DNA of 64,000 bases from a virus, in the IMG/VR virus record IMGVR_UViG_3300032116_000125, positions 1 to 64,000 of that record, one strand, 5' to 3'. The translations under genes and the position numbers were made by a program. Positions 45,724 to 54,780 of this stretch are shown one piece after another; positions within the stretch are counted from its first letter, which is position 1; each line of letters opens with the position of its first letter. The notes under the pieces were generated by a model that did no database searches, was not told the DNA's origin, and saw nothing but the letters and a program-made list of their open reading frames with translations.

Positions 45724-46731
45724 ATGAGCGAGAGCATCGAGACTATCTTTGCCCAATTGAACAAGAAGTTTGGTGAGGGCACGGTTATCCGTGGCTCGGA
45801 GATGCACCAAGAACTTCCCCGCATTACGACTGGGGTGCTGGCGTTTGACCTAATGCTCGGCGGTGGTTGGCCGGTTAACCAGTGGTCTGAGATCATCGGA
45901 GACGAGTCCTCGGGTAAAACTGCCATTGCTTTTAAGACAATCGCCGCCAACCAAGCCTTAGACCCAGACTGGGTGGTGCTCTGGATCGCCGCCGAGGAGT
46001 TTGTTCCGGAATACGCCCAAGCCATTGGCGTGGACTTGGACCGTATTTGGATTGTTGAAACCAACGTGATGGAGCATGCATACGACCTGATCGTCAAGTC
46101 ACTGGAGAACCGAGCGGTTGACTGCATCGTTGTGGACTCCCTCCCAGCCCTTGTCCCGGGTGACGAGGCAGAGAAACTGATGGAGGAGTTCACGGTGGGC
46201 CTCGGCGCCCGACTCACCGGCAAGTTCTTCCGCAAGTCAGGTAAGGCGCAGAAGCGGTCGCTCATCGGGGATGACCGTGGCTGTACCGGCCTCATCATCA
46301 ACCAGTGGCGGGAAAAGATTGGAGTCATGTACGGGGATAACCGCACCACCCCCGGTGGTAAGGCTAAGAACTTCCATTACTTCACCCGTGTTGAGGTGAA
46401 GCGTGACGAGTGGATCAAGGTTAAGGACGAGGCGATTGGTCAGACCATCCGTGGGCGCACCATGAAGAACAAGACCTACCGCCCCCAGCAGACCGCACAG
46501 GTTGACTTCTACTTTGCTGACGGTAACGGCTTCACCCTTGGGGACTTTGACACCATTAAGGACATCGTCAACATTGGTATCTCCATCAATGCGATCACCC
46601 GTGCGGGTGCCTTCTACACGTTTGACGGCCAGAAGTGGCAGGGCAAGGAGGCACTCCTGCTTGGCGTCCGTGAGGACGTTGACTTGCAGAAGAAACTCGC
46701 TGACATCGCCCGAAAGCACTTTGGTTCATGA
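45724..46731 (+). CDS. recA: RecA-like recombinase
   Basis: DLMLGGG, GDESSGKT, VVDSLPAL, IINQWR, TTPGG. Confidence 0.9.
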   Translation: MSESIETIFAQLNKKFGEGTVIRGSEMHQELPRITTGVLAFDLMLGGGWPVNQWSEIIGDESSGKTAIAFKTIAANQALDPDWVVLWIAAEEFVPEYAQAIGVDLDRIWIVETNVMEHAYDLIVKSLENRAVDCIVVDSLPALVPGDEAEKLMEEFTVGLGARLTGKFFRKSGKAQKRSLIGDDRGCTGLIINQWREKIGVMYGDNRTTPGGKAKNFHYFTRVEVKRDEWIKVKDEAIGQTIRGRTMKNKTYRPQQTAQVDFYFADGNGFTLGDFDTIKDIVNIGISINAITRAGAFYTFDGQKWQGKEALLLGVREDVDLQKKLADIARKHFGS

Positions 46732-47066
46732 TCATCGGCTCCGATGGGGAGAACACACGCCGGGCTATCAATAAGAAGTCACGGAAGCAGGAGGAACGCA
46801 CCGCCAAGGCATACCGCGGTAGCCGTAACGCCGGAAGTGGTTCTGGCTGGCTACGCAAAAATGACGTTCGTTCTGAGCACTTTCTTATTGAAAATAAGTT
46901 CACGGATAACACTAAGTCGTACTCCATCAAGTTCACAGACCTGCGGGATTTGGAGGCGGTGGCGATTCGTGAGGACCGCATTCCGGTATTGCAGTTTGAC
47001 TTGGGCGGTAAACGCTACGTCATCTTGACTGAGGACGACTTCTTGGAGATGACCCATGGGGAATAA
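46728..47066 (+). CDS. PD-(D/E)XK Holliday-junction resolvase-like
   Basis: QEER.A..Y.G....GSGS...NDV....LIENK. Confidence 0.7.
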   Translation: MIIGSDGENTRRAINKKSRKQEERTAKAYRGSRNAGSGSGWLRKNDVRSEHFLIENKFTDNTKSYSIKFTDLRDLEAVAIREDRIPVLQFDLGGKRYVILTEDDFLEMTHGE

Positions 47067-48060
47067 CAAGTGGATACTTGAGCAACTTAAAGAGAACGCC
47101 AAGTCAACCGGTGTTATCCTGCCTATCGTCCGGGTTCAAGCGGCCTTAGATAACGCTAACTCACAAGCAGAGCGTGACTCATCAGGACTGCACCCCAGCG
47201 AAATCTGCAAAAAGAACTGGTGCCCCCGCTCTTCGTGGTACACCCTCATGGGTTTCCCCCGCCCGACGACCAGTCCCGGTTTTAACCTGCTGAACATCTT
47301 TGCGGAGGGTAACGCCATCCATAACAAGTGGCAAACTTGGTTGTGGCACGCCGGTGTATTGCGGGGCAACTGGCAATGTCGCTTATGTGACCACCGCTGG
47401 CAGGGAGCGGGTGGCACATCCTGCCCATCCTGCGGGGCAGAGGCTGTCCGTTACCGTGAGGTGCCCATCCGTAACGAGGAATACAACATCACGGGGCACG
47501 CTGACGGGATTGTCGCTCACGCCGATGGCGAAACGCTCATTGAGATCAAGAGCGTAGGCGTGGGCACACTTCGCTTTGAAGCGCCCGACCTGTTTATCCC
47601 GTATTCCAAGGGTGAGATCACCATTGATGAAATGTGGAACCGTATTCGCAAGCCGTTTCCGTCCCACCTTCGTCAGGCCAACCTGTACATGTTCTGCACA
47701 GGGATACACACCTTGTCGTTCATCTATGAGTGGAAGCCCACACAAGATGTCAAAGAGTTTACCGTTCGGTTCCAGCCTGAGATCATTGACGACATCTTGA
47801 CTGGGTGCGCCGATATCATGGCGCACATAGAGGGCAAGCGCCCACCAATGCGACCGATGTGGGTGGATAGCATCACTCACGCAACATGCAAGTCATGTCC
47901 ATACAAGAACAAATGTTGGGGAGAAGATGACACGGATAGTACGGACCATGCCAGCGACCGATCCGGTGGAGAGGTTCAAGGACAAGTTCAGCCTCCCAGC
48001 ACGACCGGGGTCGGCACCCCCGGAGATACCCCGGGACCTAGACGGGTTATCAGACGCTGA
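47056..48060 (+). CDS. Cas4-like PD-(D/E)XK exonuclease with Zn-ribbon insert
   Basis: HPSEIC..WCPR, GNAIH, GHADG, IEIKS, QANLY, CKSCPYKNKC. Confidence 0.8.
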   Translation: MGNNKWILEQLKENAKSTGVILPIVRVQAALDNANSQAERDSSGLHPSEICKKNWCPRSSWYTLMGFPRPTTSPGFNLLNIFAEGNAIHNKWQTWLWHAGVLRGNWQCRLCDHRWQGAGGTSCPSCGAEAVRYREVPIRNEEYNITGHADGIVAHADGETLIEIKSVGVGTLRFEAPDLFIPYSKGEITIDEMWNRIRKPFPSHLRQANLYMFCTGIHTLSFIYEWKPTQDVKEFTVRFQPEIIDDILTGCADIMAHIEGKRPPMRPMWVDSITHATCKSCPYKNKCWGEDDTDSTDHASDRSGGEVQGQVQPPSTTGVGTPGDTPGPRRVIRR

Positions 48061-48424
48061 CCTAATGAACCTGTACCGTGAGTTCATGGCATGGGTTTCG
48101 TACTCGCAGTCTGAACTGGTCATGGCCGAGATTGACGAAGAGAAGCAGTCTCACAAATGTCGTCTGTCTGAATCCACCGTTCTGATCGGGCAGTGGAACT
48201 CCGCTGACAAGGCAGACCGTGTGACGCTGGCTAAGGCACGGCGGGATGTGGACCCCATCGTGGTGGCCCAGCAAGAGGCATACCAAACAGCCCGGGCCTA
48301 CCGGAAACTTGTGGAGACTATGTTTGCCTCTTGTGAGCGTGGGGCGCAGTTGTTGTCCCGTGAACTGTCTCGGCGTATTGGTCTTGGTAGTAAAGACAAC
48401 CGCATAACGAGGTACACGGCATGA
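47927..48424 (+). CDS. helical hypothetical protein
   Basis: 165-aa ORF overlapping the nuclease tail; coupled to next gene. Confidence 0.6.
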   Translation: MTRIVRTMPATDPVERFKDKFSLPARPGSAPPEIPRDLDGLSDADLMNLYREFMAWVSYSQSELVMAEIDEEKQSHKCRLSESTVLIGQWNSADKADRVTLAKARRDVDPIVVAQQEAYQTARAYRKLVETMFASCERGAQLLSRELSRRIGLGSKDNRITRYTA

Positions 48425-48984
48425 CCGATCTAGCGTCATTCACAAAAGACTTCACTCCTAGAACAGACAAATATGACTTAGGTTATATTGACGGGTTCTA
48501 CAACGACTTACTTACCCCACTGAAGTCTAAGGCAATAAATCTTCTGGAAATTGGTATTCAGTTTGGCCACAGCATCATGCTATGGCACTCTTACTTTCCA
48601 AAAGCCAAGATTTATTGCGCTGACATCACCGAATGCCCTGACATCTCCCACCTTACTAGAGTCACTCAATACACCGAAGACGCTTATAGCCCGTCGTTAC
48701 TAGAGAAACTCAGCGGTAAGACCTTTGACATCATCATAGATGACGGTCCCCACACCCTAGAGAGCATGGAGTACTTTTTAACGTACTACCCGCATTTGCT
48801 TAAAAAGACCGGGGTACTTGTTTTAGAGGACATCATTAACACCTCGTGGACCGCAGAACTTGTCAAACGTGTACCACAGGGGTACACAGCGATGGTGCAC
48901 CATATGGGTGGGAGCCAAAAGACCCAGCATTTGTATGACTTATGGTGCAACGGCCTTGACGTCATAACAGTGATAAAAGACTGA
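48421..48984 (+). CDS. class I SAM-dependent (sugar O-) methyltransferase
   Basis: TDK, LLEIGI, FDIIIDDGPH, GVLVLED. Confidence 0.8.
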   Translation: MTDLASFTKDFTPRTDKYDLGYIDGFYNDLLTPLKSKAINLLEIGIQFGHSIMLWHSYFPKAKIYCADITECPDISHLTRVTQYTEDAYSPSLLEKLSGKTFDIIIDDGPHTLESMEYFLTYYPHLLKKTGVLVLEDIINTSWTAELVKRVPQGYTAMVHHMGGSQKTQHLYDLWCNGLDVITVIKD

Positions 48985-48985
48985 T

Positions 48986-49219
48986 ATGGAGCCTGACATT
49001 TATGAATGGCTGAGAGAACGCCAAACCATCACCAGCCCCTCGGGCGTTACTTACGATGTACGGCGCTTCAAAGAAGCCGCTGACGAGATTGAGCGACTAC
49101 GAGCCGAACTAGCCGACTGCAACAACGACTTTGACTGTTTAAAGCAGATACACGACAAAGTACGAAGCGAACGTGACCAACTGTTAGAAGGGGTTTTGAA
49201 TAATGTCCATTTATCGTAA
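48986..49219 (+). CDS. hypothetical protein
   Basis: EAADEIERLR motif common in phage proteins. Confidence 0.6.
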   Translation: MEPDIYEWLRERQTITSPSGVTYDVRRFKEAADEIERLRAELADCNNDFDCLKQIHDKVRSERDQLLEGVLNNVHLS

Positions 49220-49391
49220 TGACGCCGCCGAAGCGAACGCCCGCCTTGACCGCCAGCGTGACTTGTACCGTTACGGAGGTGGTCGGCACATGGATGACAT
49301 CCGTGGTGAGATCACCGAAATCCGTAAGTCTGTGCAGGAAACCACCGCTTTGCTCAACCGCCTAATTGAACTTATTCAGAATAATGGCTAA
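49203..49391 (+). CDS. hypothetical protein
   Basis: overlap-coupled ORF. Confidence 0.5.
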   Translation: MSIYRNDAAEANARLDRQRDLYRYGGGRHMDDIRGEITEIRKSVQETTALLNRLIELIQNNG

Positions 49392-49749
49392 TAAATCAAA
49401 GCAAAAAGGAACATCGTTTGAAACGATGGTCAAGCAGTACCTCAATGACAACGGGTTTCCCGATGCTGAGCGCACTCCGCTGAAGGCTGGAGATGACACC
49501 GGTGACATCAACGGCATCAAGAACCGTAACACCGGGCGTAATGCCATCATCCAGTGTAAGAATCAGAAGTCATTCCAGTTAAGCCAATGGCTGGACGACA
49601 CGGTCAAGCAGGCTCAGAACAAGGGTGACGCTGTTCCTGCTCTAGTTGTTAAACGCCCAAATAAAGGCGTTAATTCACTAGGTGATACTTACGCTGTTTT
49701 ACGTCTTTGCGACCTCGTAGACCTATTGAAAGAGGCCGGTTACTTCTAA
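49384..49749 (+). CDS. second Holliday-junction resolvase-like PD-(D/E)XK protein
   Basis: KQKGTSFE...DTGDI...IQCKN. Confidence 0.7.
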   Translation: MANKSKQKGTSFETMVKQYLNDNGFPDAERTPLKAGDDTGDINGIKNRNTGRNAIIQCKNQKSFQLSQWLDDTVKQAQNKGDAVPALVVKRPNKGVNSLGDTYAVLRLCDLVDLLKEAGYF

Positions 49750-49790
49750 TATCTATGGGGTACACAACCCCTTAGATACTGGAGTACAGA

Positions 49791-50081
49791 ATGTCGCAAG
49801 AATTGAACGCCTCCGTTGATGACATCATCAAGGTGTCCGGAAGTAGTAACCCGCAGAGCGTGGGTTCCATCATGGCCCGAGCCGTTATCGCCGGGCAGGC
49901 ACCCCGCATGCGTGCTATCGGTGCATCAGCCGTAAACCAAGCCGCCAAAGCCTGCGCTATTGCCCGTGGCTTTGTCGCCCCCCGGGGTATTGACCTCACC
50001 TTTGTGATAGGCTTTGATGATATTGAAGGTGAAAAAGGGACTACAATAAGTGCTATGTCCTTTAAACCCGTTGTGAGGTAA
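49791..50081 (+). CDS. spoVS: SpoVS-family (Alba-like fold) protein
   Basis: IKVSGSSNPQSVG...AIGASAVNQAAKACAIARGFVAPRGIDL...F. Confidence 0.9.
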   Translation: MSQELNASVDDIIKVSGSSNPQSVGSIMARAVIAGQAPRMRAIGASAVNQAAKACAIARGFVAPRGIDLTFVIGFDDIEGEKGTTISAMSFKPVVR

Positions 50082-50083
50082 TT

Positions 50084-51220
50084 ATGCCCCGTAAGAAGCC
50101 CGGTGAAGCGCCTAAGAAGCGTGGTCGTCCTCGCAAAGATCAGGCTCCTACTCGTGGGCGCCCTCGCAAAGCGGATGACACCACGATTGTTGGTACCCCG
50201 ATAACAACTTCTTCGGCCCCGGCCACTGGGTCTCGTGCGTATCAGGTTGCCATGAGCAAGATCGGCCGTGCTGAGAGTTTTTGGGGCGTTGGTACGGGGC
50301 GCCCTGACCGCACTATGTGGGCAGACGCTACTGGACCCGCTGAGACGGACCAAGAGTTCCGTGAGCGCCTTGCGGGTGGGCGTTCAAACCCTGAGCCCAC
50401 GACTGTGACCACAGAGAGGGCGCTTGGCGAAGTGGGCAAGCGTGGTGAAGAGCGTATTGACCCTGTCCGAGATCGCCCCCTGCCTTCGCTGGTCGGCCCC
50501 GGTGTCCCCTCACTGCGAGGCACTCACCGAGCGGTGCCCCTCGGTGATCGTGATGTAAGCATCTCAACCGATACCTCAGTTGATGACAGTGGCAGGGTTG
50601 CTCCTCCTACCCTTGTTACTTTTCCCGGCCCCGTCAGCGTTTCAGGCGTTATCCCTGCTCACATGGGTGGTAGCCAATTCCGTCCACTGGCTAGCCAAGC
50701 AACTGGCCCACGCCAAACACAGGGGCCCCGACTCTTCCGTAGTAGCCGAGTACAGCCTGATCAGGCCCGTGAGGAAGACGCTGATGTGTACGAGCGCTTG
50801 GTGCACCTCCACGAATCCATTAGGGGCATGATGGAGGACTCCGGTGCCCCGGCGTACAGGGCACCCTCTGGCCCATCGGGGCGTGCGGTTACCCCAGACA
50901 TGAAACAGCGTGCAGAATCTCACGCCTCCGATATCCGTGCCCGTACGGGGGACGACACGATGAAGACTTGGATTGACGAAGACATCAAGAAGAAGTGGGA
51001 AGAAGACAACGCTAAGCCTGAGGTTACAACTAGCGCCTCACCAACGGTGACCCCGGTTGGCGGTGATCGTATTACTTCCGAAAACGAAAAAACTAACATG
51101 AAGACCGCTCCCGATGCAGAGGCACAGGCCCGTGGAGCAGAGCGCCGAGCCGCCCGGCAAGCCGCCGAAGCCGACATGGCGGCGATGGACAGAGAAAACA
51201 GGAACAAAAAGAAGAAGTAA
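50084..51220 (+). CDS. AT-hook-containing, largely disordered protein
   Basis: KKRGRPRK and TRGRPRK at N-terminus; P/R/A/T-rich. Confidence 0.65.
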   Translation: MPRKKPGEAPKKRGRPRKDQAPTRGRPRKADDTTIVGTPITTSSAPATGSRAYQVAMSKIGRAESFWGVGTGRPDRTMWADATGPAETDQEFRERLAGGRSNPEPTTVTTERALGEVGKRGEERIDPVRDRPLPSLVGPGVPSLRGTHRAVPLGDRDVSISTDTSVDDSGRVAPPTLVTFPGPVSVSGVIPAHMGGSQFRPLASQATGPRQTQGPRLFRSSRVQPDQAREEDADVYERLVHLHESIRGMMEDSGAPAYRAPSGPSGRAVTPDMKQRAESHASDIRARTGDDTMKTWIDEDIKKKWEEDNAKPEVTTSASPTVTPVGGDRITSENEKTNMKTAPDAEAQARGAERRAARQAAEADMAAMDRENRNKKKK

Positions 51221-51222
51221 AG

Positions 51223-51381
51223 ATGTACGGACCGCTAGACCCCCTGTCATGGGACGAGATGCTTGACGATCTCGGTTACTCTGATGACGACAACGATGAC
51301 GATTACTACGGCAGTAAAAAGGGTAGTAAGGGTAAGAAGAAAACCAAATTTCGAGATTACGAATGGGACGAGTACGACTGA
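51223..51381 (+). CDS. small acidic/basic peptide (not in ORF track)
   Basis: 52 aa MYGPLDPLSWDEMLDDLGYSDDDN...KKGSKGKKK...; TGATG coupling to next ORF. Confidence 0.55.
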   Translation: MYGPLDPLSWDEMLDDLGYSDDDNDDDYYGSKKGSKGKKKTKFRDYEWDEYD

Positions 51382-51521
51382 TGGCGAAATACGCATACCG
51401 ACCTGACCCCCGAAATGAGTTCTTGAAGCGTGGCGTCCGTAAGCCCCGCCCCATCGCACCGCTTGGTGGGGGCTCTCAGGGAGGAATGCTCTCCGGTACT
51501 GGTACCGGCATGGATCGGTAA
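51381..51521 (+). CDS. small basic peptide (not in ORF track)
   Basis: 46 aa MAKYAYRPDPRNEF...; coupled on both sides. Confidence 0.55.
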   Translation: MAKYAYRPDPRNEFLKRGVRKPRPIAPLGGGSQGGMLSGTGTGMDR

Positions 51522-52012
51522 TGACTAACGCATTCACCACCGGCCCTAGTCCTGACGGTAACCGTAACTCAGGAAGCACTCTTCCTTTACTTGGTCCTAC
51601 CCCGGTATTCCGCAACGCCAAGGATCAGCGGCTCTCCGCCTTCGGCTCCACACCGGACACCCAGTACCCCGATGGTTACCTTGGGACAATGTCCAGTAAC
51701 CGCCGTCAGGATAAGTTGACGAACGCTGTCGCCCGGGCTAACCAAAGGTCTTATTCTAGAGGTGTTCATAAGGGCGAGCGGATTAATGCAGGCGATTACA
51801 TTTGGCCTAAAGAATTCAACCTCTTAACCGGACTGGTATTGGAATCCAAGGGTCAAAAGTTCGCCCCAACAGGCGCTGAACCTGCCATGTTGACCAACGA
51901 TGGAAAGGTTGGACCCCGTGGTATTCCTCGGGGATTGGAGCGCCCTAACCCTGAAGTTATAGATATGCAACGCCGAAGCATGCTAAAATCCTTAGCACCA
52001 GCATGGCGTTAA
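51521..52012 (+). CDS. hypothetical protein
   Basis: YPDGYLGT, YSRGVHKGERI. Confidence 0.65.
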   Translation: MTNAFTTGPSPDGNRNSGSTLPLLGPTPVFRNAKDQRLSAFGSTPDTQYPDGYLGTMSSNRRQDKLTNAVARANQRSYSRGVHKGERINAGDYIWPKEFNLLTGLVLESKGQKFAPTGAEPAMLTNDGKVGPRGIPRGLERPNPEVIDMQRRSMLKSLAPAWR

Positions 52013-52026
52013 TATAAGGAGAAATC

Positions 52027-52323
52027 ATGGCAAAGATTATGCCCGCTATCCATTCTCGTGGATCTCATGGCGGTTCCGGTCAGTACGAGACCGGTGCTAA
52101 CCCGGCCCCGACCCGCTCCCGAGCGACTCGTGACGCCGACCAGTACCGTCGCATGCGTGAGGTCCCGAACGCCGAGAGGCACCGTGATGAGTTGAACGAG
52201 GCCGGAGTTACCGGCGATAAGACCATGAAGCGGATGCAGAAGTGCGGTTCGTGTGGCACGATCAACGATGCCAGCAGTGAGTCGTGCAAGGCTTGTGCGA
52301 GCGACCCCCGGGCCGGTTACTGA
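52027..52323 (+). CDS. Zn-ribbon hypothetical protein
   Basis: AAGGAG RBS; CGSCG...CKAC. Confidence 0.6.
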   Translation: MAKIMPAIHSRGSHGGSGQYETGANPAPTRSRATRDADQYRRMREVPNAERHRDELNEAGVTGDKTMKRMQKCGSCGTINDASSESCKACASDPRAGY

Positions 52324-52332
52324 GAACTAATC

Positions 52333-52500
52333 ATGCCGTGGTCTCCGAAAGACGCACCGAAGAAGACCAAGAAGGCTGACACTCCCAAAGAGAAAGAGGA
52401 GTGGGCCAAGGTAGCCAACTCAGTCTTGAAGAAGACGGGGAGCGACGCCACCGCGGTGCGTATCGCTAACTCTACGATTGCCAAGAGAGGTAAGAAGTAA
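52333..52500 (+). CDS. ChaB-like small basic protein (not in ORF track)
   Basis: 55 aa MPWSPKDAP...WAKVANSVLKKTGSDATAVRIAN... Confidence 0.55.
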   Translation: MPWSPKDAPKKTKKADTPKEKEEWAKVANSVLKKTGSDATAVRIANSTIAKRGKK

Positions 52501-52859
52501 TGGAAGTAATTAAAGACCCCAAACCCCTCGCTGGTGGCGGTGGCGCCGGTCAGCCCCCGAAGCGCCCCCGCACGGTTAATGACGCAGACCTCCCCAATGA
52601 CCCCATGGACTATGTCACCCGCATCGGGCGAAACGACCACTTTGCGGCTGGAATGGACCACGGCCGTGGTGGTGGCCCCGGCCCTTATTACGACTTTGAC
52701 TACGGCGCCCCTCAGAAAGGCACCAAGGCTTTGCAGGCCCAGTTCGGTCAGGCTTTTGACCCTAAGCGTGCTTTCAAGCCGATGCCACAAGTTCCAGATT
52801 ACTCGGGTCACGACTATAAGGAAGGGCCTCGTAAGCCCCCTACTAAGAAGAAGGTCTGA
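52500..52859 (+). CDS. disordered hypothetical protein
   Basis: G/P-rich, coupled. Confidence 0.55.
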   Translation: MEVIKDPKPLAGGGGAGQPPKRPRTVNDADLPNDPMDYVTRIGRNDHFAAGMDHGRGGGPGPYYDFDYGAPQKGTKALQAQFGQAFDPKRAFKPMPQVPDYSGHDYKEGPRKPPTKKKV

Positions 52860-52860
52860 C

Positions 52861-53166
52861 ATGGACAGTCAAGCAAAACACCCCGGACGCAAAACAGGAC
52901 GAGACGACCACACCGGTCGCATCGCTGGATACCAGTCATACTCCACTGGCGACGCTGGCTCAGCGTACGACAGCACCTTTGATGTTATGAATCCTCCGAA
53001 TGCCCCTGAACGTGGTCCCGCTGGCCCCCTCGGCCGTGTGGTCAACAAGGGCTTGAACGCTCTCGGCGTGCCCGAATCGGAAGGCCGTGTTGGTAAGGTT
53101 TCTCGTGCAGACAAGAAAACTTACAAGCAGAATCTAAAGACGTACAAGAAAAATCAAGGGAAGTAA
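52861..53166 (+). CDS. hypothetical protein with MDSQA-leader (paralog 1)
   Basis: MDSQAKHPGRKTGRDDHTGRI. Confidence 0.6.
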   Translation: MDSQAKHPGRKTGRDDHTGRIAGYQSYSTGDAGSAYDSTFDVMNPPNAPERGPAGPLGRVVNKGLNALGVPESEGRVGKVSRADKKTYKQNLKTYKKNQGK

Positions 53167-53171
53167 TCACC

Positions 53172-53447
53172 ATGGACAGCCAAGCAAGACATCCCGAACG
53201 TAAGACAGATCGTGCATCCCACACCGGGCGGGTAACTAAACTCACTGGCAAGGTGGTTGGCCATACCCCGGGCCACGTTTGGATGAGCGCTGAGTCTACT
53301 GGCGGTGGGCAGACTGACAGCCACATGATTCCCCACTCGGAAGGTGGGCGTTTCCCAGTTGGTCAGACTGTGCGTGCTACTAACACGAAAAATGTTAATG
53401 GCACCGATAACTGGGCCCTTCAGTTGGGCGAAGGTTACGACGAGTAA
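53172..53447 (+). CDS. hypothetical protein with MDSQA-leader (paralog 2), small beta domain
   Basis: MDSQARHPERKTDRASHTGRV. Confidence 0.6.
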   Translation: MDSQARHPERKTDRASHTGRVTKLTGKVVGHTPGHVWMSAESTGGGQTDSHMIPHSEGGRFPVGQTVRATNTKNVNGTDNWALQLGEGYDE

Positions 53448-53450
53448 AAC

Positions 53451-53744
53451 GTGGGCAAACCGTGGCAGACTCACGAGGAGTACCTCACCGATCAGGCCCT
53501 AGAGGCCGCTCTGAGTCTTACCCCGGATGAGATTCGGGAACTGCGCCCCCAGCACCCGCTGGAGTTGCTCCCTCAAAACCGTGGCTTTGTTAAACAGACC
53601 ATCACCGTAATGGATGTACTCACGGTCAACCGCTACGCCGCCACTAACCGCTCGTGGTTGTCTGGTATGCCCGTTCGCCGTACCCAACTGGCAGACGGCG
53701 ACTGGACCGGCACGGGCCGCTACTCAATGGACGCACTCGGATGA
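53451..53744 (+). CDS. hypothetical protein
   Basis: operonic ORF, ATGA overlap with next. Confidence 0.55.
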   Translation: MGKPWQTHEEYLTDQALEAALSLTPDEIRELRPQHPLELLPQNRGFVKQTITVMDVLTVNRYAATNRSWLSGMPVRRTQLADGDWTGTGRYSMDALG

Positions 53745-54505
53745 GCAAAGAGTTTGAACGCCAACTAAAACAGGCCATGAAGAGTATGGGCAGTGGGTCT
53801 ATTCCGACCACGGACTACTCCATGGGGGAGACCTTCTCAACGTCTGAAATAAAGTACCCAAAGGCTCGTGAGTATCCCGGATTCACCCCGCCAGATTCTG
53901 GCATCACTCGTGACTTCTCAGGGCGTAAGTACGAGCCTTTTGCGATGACTGCTTCTAAGTCATGGTCAGACATTCGCCTCCAACGCACCCGTATGGGTGG
54001 CGATGCGGAAGATGCGGAAGATGGGGGAGATGGGGAAGACGAGAACCAAAATCCTGCCCCTGCCCCCTCCTCGCCCCTCCCGACAAGTGGGAGTGGGAGC
54101 CAAACCACTGGTGGTGGGCGTGGGCGCAGGAAAAGCACCCGACCCACCTATGTAGCCACTGGTCGTGGGCGCAAAACACCCGCCCAGTCAGGACCACCTA
54201 CTTATGTCGCCACCGGTCGTGGGAAACTGAAGCCGGTAAAAACCCCCAAAGAGGGGTCTCTCTCTCGTGATCCTGACTCCGGTGAAGTCATGTGGGACCC
54301 GAATAAGGACTTCACTGCTGGAGACGCCCGTGTCCTTATTTCTGAGGGTGCCCGTGAGGGCGTCCGGGCCGTTGGGCGAGGACTCCGCAGTGGGGCCTCA
54401 AAGGTTGCGAGAAGCGTAAAAGGACGAGTTGGCAAAGGGGCCGGGCAGTCATCCCAAATGGACGACGTCACCGGATTCACCGACCCGTTTGACCCTTTCG
54501 CATGA
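53741..54505 (+). CDS. disordered basic protein with duplicated PTYVATGRG
   Basis: two copies of PTYVATGRG; acidic and RG-rich tracts. Confidence 0.55.
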   Translation: MSKEFERQLKQAMKSMGSGSIPTTDYSMGETFSTSEIKYPKAREYPGFTPPDSGITRDFSGRKYEPFAMTASKSWSDIRLQRTRMGGDAEDAEDGGDGEDENQNPAPAPSSPLPTSGSGSQTTGGGRGRRKSTRPTYVATGRGRKTPAQSGPPTYVATGRGKLKPVKTPKEGSLSRDPDSGEVMWDPNKDFTAGDARVLISEGAREGVRAVGRGLRSGASKVARSVKGRVGKGAGQSSQMDDVTGFTDPFDPFA

Positions 54506-54549
54506 CCACAGCCGTGTTTGTGGTAACCTCTAACTGATAAGGAGTAACT

Positions 54550-54747
54550 ATGGCAACTAACAATTCTCGCTCCATGAACCTTGACCTGCAAAAGGGTCTC
54601 AATGACGGTGTCTTCAAGAGCCTTGCACCCGACCGTGGTGGGGAGGTGGAGATGCAGGCCATCCATGAACGGGCCTCGCTTCTCCAGCCCCAGTACGACA
54701 TGAACGACCTCAAGATGGGTGTCGTTCAGTCTTCGCCTTACAACTGA
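54550..54747 (+). CDS. hypothetical protein
   Basis: TAAGGAG RBS, upstream TGGTAACCT. Confidence 0.65.
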   Translation: MATNNSRSMNLDLQKGLNDGVFKSLAPDRGGEVEMQAIHERASLLQPQYDMNDLKMGVVQSSPYN

Positions 54748-54780
54748 TTTAACTAACCCGTAATCCATAAGGAGCACAAA

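Noticed and set aside
5960-46731. Inteins or introns in terL, dnaB, polA, recA
   Set aside because: Lengths are ordinary; no intein splice-junction or homing endonuclease motifs seen
47056-48060. CRISPR-Cas locus from the Cas4-like gene
   Set aside because: No repeat-spacer array or other cas genes; solo Cas4-like nucleases are common in phage recombination modules
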